Below, piece after piece: positions 12,240 through 21,591 of a stretch of DNA of 64,000 nucleotides. Position 1 is the first letter of the stretch; each line of letters begins with the position of its first letter. A model generated the notes under the pieces. It did no database searches. It was not told the DNA's origin and saw only the letters and a list, made by a program, of their open reading frames with translations. Both the position numbers and the translations under genes were made by a program. This DNA comes from Ginglymostoma cirratum (taxonomy: Eukaryota). The DNA lies in the NCBI GenBank assembly GCA_024137785.1, contig JAHRHZ010000009.1:7522428-7586427 (forward strand). The letters run 5' to 3'.

Positions 12240-13030
12240 TGTGTCTATAAAGTACCCTTTCTTCCTTTTCTGCCCTAGCTCTTTCCTTTATCTTCTAACT
12301 CCAGTTGTCTAATTTTCAGTTTAATTTTTCCTAACTCCACTGCAGTTGCCTGTGTCTCTGATATACCTAAATGCTTGACCAACTCCATTACAATTTCAGC
12401 TTTCCTCTTGTCCCTAGGTAAATCCAATTCTAGCCTATTTGCTAAATTTAAAAATATATCCTTCCTCTGTCTTTTTAAACTTTCTTGACAAATTGGGAAA
12501 GCATTTTCATAGTCCAGAACCTCATTTGCAGTATTAAGTGAGATTTCCCCCACTTTTGATTTAACCAACACGTAATCAAAGTTAAACAGATTTTCCGCTT
12601 CTTACCTAAGTTTTATTTAAAGTCTAGGAAGCTAATCCCCAAGTCTGTTTAAGTCTGCTGGGACCTGTTGTACCCCAAATCTGTTCAGATCCCGGACTGG
12701 ACCAGGCAGATACAGGACGAGCCCCCAGTCTGTTATGAAGCGGAGGTTAACCCTGGCTCTCCTTAACTAATGCTGAAACACCCATAGAGGCTCGTCTTGC
12801 CTCATAATCTGTTAAAAGAAGTGTGAAACGTGGTATAACCTGCCTCTGCCGCCCCCCCCCCCCCCACCTCAAATGTGTTATAATGAGGAGGTTAAATGAA
12901 ATGAATTCCTGACCATCACTATAATCAACAAGTAACAATTTATTTATCTAACTCTTAACTGAACAAATTAACAGAATAACTAACAAACCAAACAATTCCC
13001 CCTTACCTACTAACTAATCCTGAATGCCTT
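12240..13030 (-). mobile_element. Gypsy-like LTR retrotransposon 5' remnant (LTR end, tRNA-Pro PBS, gag N-terminus)
   Basis: Minus strand reads ...TCATAACA (LTR end at 12731), then TGGGGGCTCGTCC (12727-12715), complementary to the tRNA-Pro 3' end. ORF 12275..12571 encodes a gag-like helical/coiled-coil N-terminus. Confidence 0.75.
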
Positions 13031-15104
13031 ACCAACAAAACAAGAGTACTGCCTGGGCTTTTAACCACACAGCCTTTTGATACAATGTTTCAATTTCAGG
13101 AGCTCACTGTATACCACATTTATTTTTAATCTCCAAGCCTAGAAACACTTCCCCCCCCCCCCCCCTCATTTTACAAACACCAAATACCCTACCTAACTTC
13201 GCAACAATGGAAAATGTGCTATTCTGTGCGAGGAGGAGGTCCCGAATTTGCATGAGGCAAATAATTGATGAAAGGTAAACCCAAAAATGGAGCCATTGGT
13301 TTGCAAATAGGTTAACATAGAAGCCCATCACCCAAACACCTGCGAACATGGTGATGCATGAAATAGTTGTGGTGAAAGATGCACTCTGAATTACTTGGTG
13401 GCGTCATCTTCATAAGTTGGCATTTTCATCACTTTCTCATAATATCTTTGGAAACATCTCATCTGATGATCAATTCTTATCAAGTATAGACAGCCCATCT
13501 AATGCCATGTCCTTTAGTGATTTTAAACCATGATTTATAGAGCATACATTAGTTGGCAGCTGGGTCTTGTCGTTTCTTACTTTTTCAATTTTCCTCTGAG
13601 TATTCTGTATTTGACCTGGCTCTCAGTTGTTATACACTGACAAGTGCATTTTTGTTCACGCCTTTTGTGCATCAGTGCCTCCTGCACTATCGTAGTTTGA
13701 TTTTGTTTTATGCTTCTAAGGTGTCCCAGTCTGCTGCAGCTCCTGATTCTCTCAGATGATTGGTGCAGAGCGTGGGCCTTAATTTATCTTCTCCTTGATT
13801 TTCTTGATTCACCTCAAGCCTAATCAATTCCCAATTTTCTCCTAATTTAGAAAGTTTTAAACAGTTTAAGCTGTTTTCTGTACCTTGTTGATATAGACAA
13901 AATGTCAATGCAAACAAATTTGACAAAAGTATGTAGGCCCTGTTAGACTGGTATTAATGCTTGTTAGAGCTTATGTAGACATAAGGGCTGGGATATTCCA
14001 ATAACCAGATAGTCGATGGCACAGCACAGACTTGAGTTGTGCGTTGTGAAAGCCCAGAGGCAGCAGACTCTGTGGGTACTACCTGGGAAATTGAAACCTC
14101 AGGTGGGCAGTTCCTAGTATCTGAAACCCACCCCTCAAAACAAAAAGCTTTAACATCACAGGATCCAGAGGGCTCTACTTGGGTAAAGCTATTAGCTACC
14201 CAGGATCACTTGGACAATTACAACCCTTGACTACCTCCTGGGTAATTGTTAAGCTGATGCCCAACTACACCTCCCTTGACTCCTGCCACTGGGACCCTGG
14301 CAACCAACGACATCATGTCTGCCCTGACAGTCTTCTCTTGCCTCACCTTCCTCCAAAACACCAGCCCTGACAACCCCACCTCCCCGACACACACCGACTG
14401 CCATTTTAACTCCGCAATTTGCTGCTAGACATCTAAGTCTCAGAAAAAAGCAATTGACTACTACAAAATAGTACAGTTTAACCACCCCTAGCCCCCCCAA
14501 AAAAAAATTATCTTGCATGATGTAGAGGTTTGTGTGGATTTCAGATATGCTTCACATTTCTGAAGGAGCCAGGGTTAGGATACTCAACTAGAAATGTGGA
14601 GCACAATAACAGTGCTTTTTTTTAAAAAAAAAAAAAATTGCACTCCTTGTAATATCTGGACTAAAATTTACTCTTAAAATAGGAATGAGTGTAGGTTCTA
14701 TCATGCTTTGATTAAAAGAAACAAATACTTGAAAAATCTAGTTAGAATTTATTGATACATGTATTTGTGACCCATTTAATGGTAGTAAAAATATACTTTG
14801 CAAATCAGGATGCACAAAACCATCAGCAACACTTGTAATGGATTTTCCTTTTGCAGCTCTTGGACTACTTTCTTTGAGTGAAATGAATTTGATTCATTAA
14901 TGCATTCCTTAATTAAATGCATTAAGATTTTATGCCTATAGATTCTTTATGATGTACTCAAGCCACAAGATTGAACTGGTTTCATCTGTGCTGTTGAATC
15001 ATCTTGTTATGGAAGAGGAAAACATGAGCACTCTGCAAAAGGTCTTTTGTAGATTGTTTAATTCCGCACACAATTTTTTTGGAGATTCCACCCATGAACG
15101 GGAG

Positions 15105-15470
15105 ACAGTGACACACTGGTAGTCATAATGGGCTATCATTCCAGAGGCCAAGGTTAATGCTTTAGGTTCAGGGTTCAGATCCCATCATAGCTGGTGAATT
15201 TAAATCAGTTAATAAAAGATTTTGAAATTAAAAGCTAGTCCCAGTAATGGTGGTGATGGAACTACTATTGATTGTTGTTAAAACCAATTCGGTTCACTCA
15301 TGTCTCATATGAAGTTTACAATCTAGCCTGCAAGGGACTCCAGATAGATGGAAATGTGATTTGACTCTTAACTGTCCTGTAAAATGGCCACTCAGTTCCA
15401 AGGAGCTAGGGATGGGCAGCAAATGCTGCCCTGTCCAATGATGCTCATATCCCATTAAATAATAAATGTT
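15105..15470 (+). mobile_element. tRNA-derived SINE with LINE-like 3' tail
   Basis: ccagaggcca.gg.taatgc..gggttc.gatccca.catagc head and gactcttaactg.cct..agggatgggca..aaatgctg.cct tail. A second copy lies at 17545-17820. Confidence 0.6.
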
Positions 15471-15599
15471 TAAAAAGCACAGACAGGCTGAAGATTTAAG
15501 TATGGTTCCCGTATTTAAATTATGGGGATGGATTGAGAGATACAGAGAAAGTAACTGGCATACAAAAGAACTGAGGAAATAGGCATAGGGAAGGAGAGA

Positions 15600-16285
15600 A
15601 TAACCATTTTTACATGGCAAAAGCATTTTGCAGTCAATTTAAGCAGTTTGAAGTGCAGTCACTTTGTACCTTCAAGAAACATGGCAGCCAGATTGCACAC
15701 AGCAAGGCCCCACTAACAGTGCAAAATTAATGATCAGATAAGCTGTTCGTGCATTGTTGATTAATCATTGGTCAGGCCTCCAGTGGTGAATTCTCCTGCT
15801 CTCATTCAGAATCATTCTGAAGGCTGTTTTAACTTTCACCTGAGACGACTTGTGGCACATTGGTTAGCACTGCTGCCTCACAGCGCCAGCGACTTGAGTT
15901 CGATTCCACCCTCGGGCTACTGTCTATGTGGATTTTGTGCATTCTTCCCATGTCTGCATGGGTTTCCTCCCACAGTCCAGAGATGTGCAGGTTGGGTGGA
16001 TTGGCCGTGCGATATTGCCCGTAGTGTTCACGGAGGTGTAGATTATGTGGGCTGTAGGGGGATGGGTCTGGGTGGGATGTTCCGAGGTTTGGTGTGGACT
16101 TGTTGGGCCGAAGGGCCTGTTTCCACACTGTAGGGATTCTATGAGACGGAATTTTTTTTTCACTTCCAACAGTGTAAGACTTAATTAGTAGTATGGTGCG
16201 TAGTCAGCCTACGTTATGTGCTGAGTCTCGTGTGGATTGACCCACAACATTATGATTTAGAAGGGAGGGTGCTACCACCAGCTTA
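15600..16285 (-). mobile_element. Deu-domain-type SINE split by an HE1 SINE insertion
   Basis: tttgaagtgcagtcact..aacatggcagcca.attgcacacagcaag..taatgatcagataa is the reverse complement of the Deu core/tail; the head resumes at ~16160-16285. Confidence 0.6.
15849..16141 (+). mobile_element. HE1-type V-SINE
   Basis: gtggcaca.tggttagcactgctgcctcacagcgccag head, V-domain (gggtttcctcccacagtcca.agatgtgcagg), tail gggcctgtttccacactgtagggattcta; flanked by tgagacg at 15841 and 16142. Confidence 0.85.
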
Positions 16286-16364
16286 AAAATGGAAGTGTTT
16301 GTTCTTGGAGTTTTCCAGTTTTTGTATGAACTTGCTTACTAATTGTTTTCCCTTATCACTTAAG

Positions 16365-16590
16365 TCGACAGCAGGAAATAGAAGAGAAGCTGATTGAGGA
16401 AGAAACTGCAAGAAGGGTGGAAGAACTTGTGGCCAAACGTGTGGAAGAGGAGTTGGAGAAACGTAAAGATGAGATTGAGCGTGAGGTACTCCGGCGTGTC
16501 GAGGAGGCCAAGCGCATTATGGAAAAGCAATTGTTGGAGGAGCTTGAGCGACAGCGACATGCTGAGCTCGCTGCACAGAAAGCTAGAGAG
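16365..16590 (+). CDS. ARGLU1: ARGLU1 coding exon 2
   Basis: Acceptor taag|T completes Ile; [75 protein letters not shown]; donor GAG|GTAACG at 16591. Confidence 0.97.
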
Positions 16591-17544
16591 GTAACGCTCG
16601 ATCGTTGGAAAAGCAAACGACAGTCCATGGCAAAACTTTCAGTCGCAGTCAATGGTCACCACTTAATCTTCATCAGTAAATGGAATCAGAATACATCTTA
16701 CCCTTTTCCAGCAGTCTGCAGTACCATAGCTTTGTTTTTCATACGTTGTATTTCTTCTGATGTACAAATGAACATTTCATAATAGTTTAAGATGCTAAAT
16801 GTAGTTTTTAATTAGGCTACACAAAGCATTGTTCCATGGCATTTGCTCTTTAAATTCAAGAACTTTTGGTACAATAATACTAATGTTCTAGCATAACCTC
16901 TGTTGAAAATCTTTTCCCCACACTTCAGTTTAATTGAAACTTTTGCCATGGCTGCAGAATTTTTTTACCTAACCATGCAAAAGCTTTTTTCTTTAAGGCT
17001 TTTCAGTCTCGCAATTTGCCCTTCATTTGTGTAAACACTTCGTATTTCATCCTTACTCCAAGTGGCGTAGTCTTTCCAAAGCTGAAGTAGGTCAATGTGG
17101 TTGAACTTGCAGTGCTTGCTTATGGCAAGTGGTTTATGTTTGCTATATATTCGTCTTAAATAAGATTATAAAGGGGAAATTTTACCTTGAGGTTTCTGAT
17201 ATCAGCCTCCATTTTATTCAAAGGATTCTTGTGGGACTGGAGCTAGTCCTTTGTAACCCACCTCCAGCGTGTAGTTATAAGTACCTTTACCTCCCAAGAG
17301 GGCTATTGGCGACTGGTGAGTCCCTCCTTGAAGCTAGACATCCTATATATTATGTGGTCATGGTATTGGAAGCTGGAAAATGTCTTCCTATGAAATAGTG
17401 AATTGCTACTTCTATTAATTTTGCTAGCACTCATCACTCCTGGATTCTGAAATGTTTAGTCTTACAGAAAAGTGCAGTGCCTAGCTGACCATACAACTTC
17501 AAAAATGTAACATTAACCATTTAAGTATAAAGTAACTTGGGGAA

Positions 17545-17820
17545 GTGGTAGTGCAGGGTAACTTCACTGGAAAATAGAACCCCAGGCTAATATTTGGAAA
17601 CATGGGTTTGAATCTCACCATAGCAGATTTGAATTCAGTAAAAAGCTGGCTTAGTGGCGACCATGTAACCCCTTGTCATTAGCTGTAAAAGCACGTCACG
17701 GAGGGAGATCTGCCATATTCCAGACCCACAGCTATATGGTTGACTTTACCTCCCTATGGGCAGTTAGGAATGAACAATACATGAAGGCCTAGCCAGGAAA
17801 GCCCTCATCCTATGAATATT
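17545..17820 (+). mobile_element. tRNA-derived SINE, same family as 15105-15470
   Basis: Shared head and tail motifs; the only clear repeat inside ARGLU1 intron 2. Confidence 0.55.
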
Positions 17821-19558
17821 TTTTAAAACCACCATTTTAACGATGTGTGCATTTTCTTTCAAGTAATATATTTAAACTTTAATGTCAGGCGTTGTTATAT
17901 AGAATTAGGACTGAAGCACACAATAGTGCTTTGTTTACCGTATGTTTTATCTGATGTTACTTTGTGAAGTTTTATATGGCCCTATGCATTTATGGTGACA
18001 ACCTGTTTATACTGACCAAAAAACTGAAGCCCCAGTTCCATTTTTATATATTTATGCCAAATATTTACAGGTTATGTCAATGACATTATAAACATTTACA
18101 TGGTTAGTTTTCCTTTGTTTTATAATTATCAAAGGGTTTTATTATCCCTGTCATTCCGTCCCTACCTTTGGGAAGTTTGCATCTTTTACGTAATTGATCA
18201 AATTTACTTGTAAATAGCTGGGGGTGAAAATGGCATAATCTCATTATCTCAGATTCAGACCTAAGGCTTAATTTTGGATCTTTGCTTCCCCTCCCCCGTT
18301 GAGTTTATTTCAGTATATTTCACATTCATTTTATGCCCTCCTCTATCCCCCAGCCTTCATATCTCAATTCAGACATAAACAAGATCAAAGCCTAGACTTA
18401 GAATTAATGCGTGGCGGTCATATGACCTTAACACTTGGAAAAGAAATCCACGTGTAAAGTTCATTACTTTGTATAAAATATAAAAATATACCAATAGCTT
18501 TAATATCCCTCCTTTTCTGAAAGGTAAGAATGAATTGAATTTGTTTGTCTTGTATTGTCGTGTTGACAAATGGCATTAACACATTTAGTGATTGCCAGTG
18601 CAAAGTCATTGGATGAATAGGACTTTATATTGTTCTTCAAAGGGAAGGCGGTTAGTTTGTTTTGCTGATAAAATGTACTGGTTATTCCTCTAGGTATAAA
18701 ACCACCAGAAGTTTTGGCTACATTGACTTACTGACATATTTTACAAGTAATTAAGTTTTGGTAACTTGTACTTTCTTGCTTTAATCAATTGACATCAAGT
18801 GAAGGAGTTTTTTTTGTTTACGCAGTTGGTCTGTCAGAAAATTTTTCATTTCAGAATGTTCTTGTTTGCAGCCTTGAAGGGGGAATCATTCTACATTTTC
18901 TTTATATTTAATGCATCGAAGAGTGGCATAAAATGTGTTAGGAAAATACTACAGTTAATTTACATGACATTTTCATAAAATTAAAGACCTTCAAATTGAG
19001 TTTATATTCTGAAACACTATTATAAGTTGCATGATAGCCAGTGCTGCCTCATTTTTGTGTTTTCATTTCATTTTAGTTGTAAATTTTCAGCGTATTGATT
19101 TACTGTAAGATGTTGTCTATTATGTTATGATTTGCATTCTAACTTATTTATATCCAGGCTATTTTAAGTTCCAGGGTTGATGAGTGTCAGCTTGTAGCAC
19201 ATTACTAATCATAGTAAGATCATTTTTCTTTTTCATGTTTCTTCATAGTTTGCTTGGCTTCATGTTAACATTGTCATCCTACAGACAAGGGCAAATTTCC
19301 TGGGCCATTCACAGTACAGAAAATATAATTTTCCGTTCTGTGTACATTGTGAAATTGTTAACATTAAACACCTGGAAGGTGTTTGTCTGAATTCTGCAGC
19401 AGAGTAATCTCCAAACGTTGAAGTGTATTTAGTAGCTGAAGTAGATCATTATAAAATCTTTTGATCCCAAAATTAGTATAAATCATTCAGCATTTACTCA
19501 TCCCCTTGTAATAACAAAGTGCCTTGATTTGAAAAGTTGCTTGATCACCAATAGCTTA

Positions 19559-19965
19559 AATGGCGCTTATGTTCTCAGAACGGAACAAACCATCGTTTCT
19601 CCTACTGTGAAAGGTGCTCTCAGTTCCACAGAAGGATGGATTAAAGTTTGTATTTTTCACTAACAGTAAATGTATCTTTCTTATTAATTGTTTGCCTTAG
19701 GAATGGTGATTTATATTGTTTCTTCTTACCGTAAACATCTGCATTCCTCAGCTCAGCCTACGTTGTGTTGTGTTTCTTGTTATTGGCTGAGCTGCTGATG
19801 CAGGTGTTGCCAAGCTAACAGTACAAATCAGTTTAAAGAGGAAGCTGGCGCATATGGCAGCCGAGGAGCACACTCTGCAGGACACTGGACGAGACAGTAA
19901 ATATTCAACTTTTAATGCTGATTAATGGCGTTATAGGTAAAGAATACGTAGGTATTTGTAATTGC
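19559..19965 (+). promoter_or_regulatory. ARGLU1: ARGLU1 intron-2 ultraconserved splicing-control element (copy 1)
   Basis: Position near the 3' end of intron 2. Sequence cagtacaaatcagtttaaagaggaagctggcgcatatggcagccgaggagcacactctgcaggacactgga...ataggtaaagaatacgtaggta matches my recollection of the human ARGLU1 UCE (Pirnie et al. 2017, NAR). Boundaries approximate. Confidence 0.85.
19881..19936 (+). other. ARGLU1: ARGLU1 alternative poison exon
   Basis: ctctgcag|GAC acceptor; donor TAG|GTAAAG at 19937 (alternative TAG|GTATTT at 19952). In frame after exon 2 it reads DTGRDSKYSTFNAD* with TAA at 19923-19925. Confidence 0.8.
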
Positions 19966-20290
19966 TGAGAAAAGTCTATCTTTTTTATTTTTGTTAATGT
20001 AATTGGTAAAGTTTCTTTAGCAGTTGTATTATGTGTGGTTTAAAAATAGTAATATCAGCAAGCCTGACAAAGGAGGGTTTGGGTCATTGCTGTTTGAGGG
20101 CTGGGGTGGGATGGTTTATACCCAGAAAGAATTTAACTAGGGGCAAAATAGTTCACAAGAATGGCAATAAAAAGGTGGCTGTCTTGGGCATAGTCAGAGG
20201 AAGGAAAGAATACTAAGGGAAGGAGCAGTTAGTGTAGATGCAGTATTAAAATTATTTCTCTCCATTAACATCATATTGTCTCCTACTTAG

Positions 20291-20374
20291 GAGGAAGAAC
20301 GAGCTAAACGAGAAGAACTTGAGCGAATATTGGAGGAAAATAATCGAAAAATAGCAGAAGCTCAAGCTAAATTG
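20291..20374 (+). CDS. ARGLU1: ARGLU1 coding exon 3
   Basis: ctacttag|GAG; EEERAKREELERILEENNRKIAEAQAKL; TTG|GTATGT; 84 nt, phase 0/0. Confidence 0.97.
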
Positions 20375-20406
20375 GTATGTTTCATTAAAATTAAGTTAAT
20401 TTGTTG

Positions 20407-20706
20407 AATGGCAGTTATGTTCTCAGTATGGTTCAGACCATTCTTTTACTTACTGTGTCAAATGCTCTCAGCTCCACAGTAGGATGGATTGAAGCTTGTA
20501 TTTTTCCACTAACAGTAATTGTATTTTATTAATTGCTTGCATTGCGAATGGTGATGGAATATGCTGCTTACAATAAAAGTCTGCATTCCTTTGCTCAACC
20601 TATATTGTATTGTGTCTTGGTACTGACTGAGCTGCTTGAGGCAGTTGCCACGTTAACAGAACAAATCATTTTAAAGAGGAAGCTGGTGCATATGGCAGCT
20701 GGGGAG
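20407..20706 (+). repeat. Diverged second copy of the ARGLU1 UCE core, at the start of intron 3
   Basis: Colinear with 19559-19868; shared blocks include ttatgttctcag, tgctctcag.tccacag.aggatggatt, cactaacagtaa, gaatggtgat, tctgcattcct, ctgagctgct, acaaatca.tttaaagaggaagctgg.gcatatggcagc. Confidence 0.92.
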
Positions 20707-21591
20707 TCTTTACCTCTGTTTACCGCAGAACTTAGAGATATTATTCTTCCAACAGATCAGAAGAGTTTGACCTGATAAGATGCAAATTTAGCAACAAAGA
20801 ATAGCATATTGATTTTGATTTCTCCCAAACATGAGGGTACCAATTATTTAAACTTCTCTCCAGATGCAAAATATGTGGCTGTCATCCTGTAAGGGTAGAG
20901 GGAATATATTTTCTACTTCAGTTGTTTTGAGGAACCGTAGCTGATCTTTATCTCGAGGAAGAATATTATTTTGGATTTCTTGGGTTTCCATACTTTATGG
21001 TTACAATGTACTTTCGTTCACTATGCCACTTCTAAGTGTCAGCTACTCAATCCAATCATAGTAACTTCATTGTCACTGACTCAGGTTACATACCGTCATG
21101 TTTTCAAGTCTGTCAGTATCTACGACTCAATACTGACTCATTGCATGTCTTCACCCTTATCATTTGATAAATGTCTGTTTTTGAGTTTGGTACAAATGAG
21201 TGCTTCACTGAATGCTTGACTACTGAAGCTTGGAAGTTCCGGTTTTCTAGACAGACTACAGAGTCTGATTTGACACATGGGCATTCCTTGTTAAAATTCT
21301 CAACGTCCTTGAACATTCCTGCCTTCTAATCAGTCTTCAGTTCTCAGTTGTGCAACGAAGACAATTGCATTGTGATTTGTCCAGCTTTTGTCAATATCAG
21401 TCATCAACTGACATCAGCTTGCCCTCTCAAATCAAATAGCCAGAGTGCTGTGTTTGCTGACTGGAATTGATTCTTTGCTTCATTCAAATGGACTTGGCTG
21501 TTGCTAAAAACATTTGCTCTAGCTTCAAACCAAGGTAGTTCCTTCAAGTTCCTGAGCTGGGTCACTACTAGCATGCACTTCGCTGAAGAAA

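Noticed and set aside
15849-15920. tRNA gene-like A/B boxes (also near 61150 and 381-1007)
   Set aside because: They continue into SINE bodies or tandem units, and I could not fold a complete cloverleaf.
16591-16782. 63-codon read-through of exon 2 into intron 2 as a coding isoform
   Set aside because: The frame appears to differ from the human read-through I recall after a few codons, and the retained-intron RNA is reported to be nuclear. Conservation here is better explained at the RNA level.
20533-20775. 80-aa ORF over UCE copy 2
   Set aside because: Non-ATG start in the track, and indels relative to copy 1 do not preserve frame.
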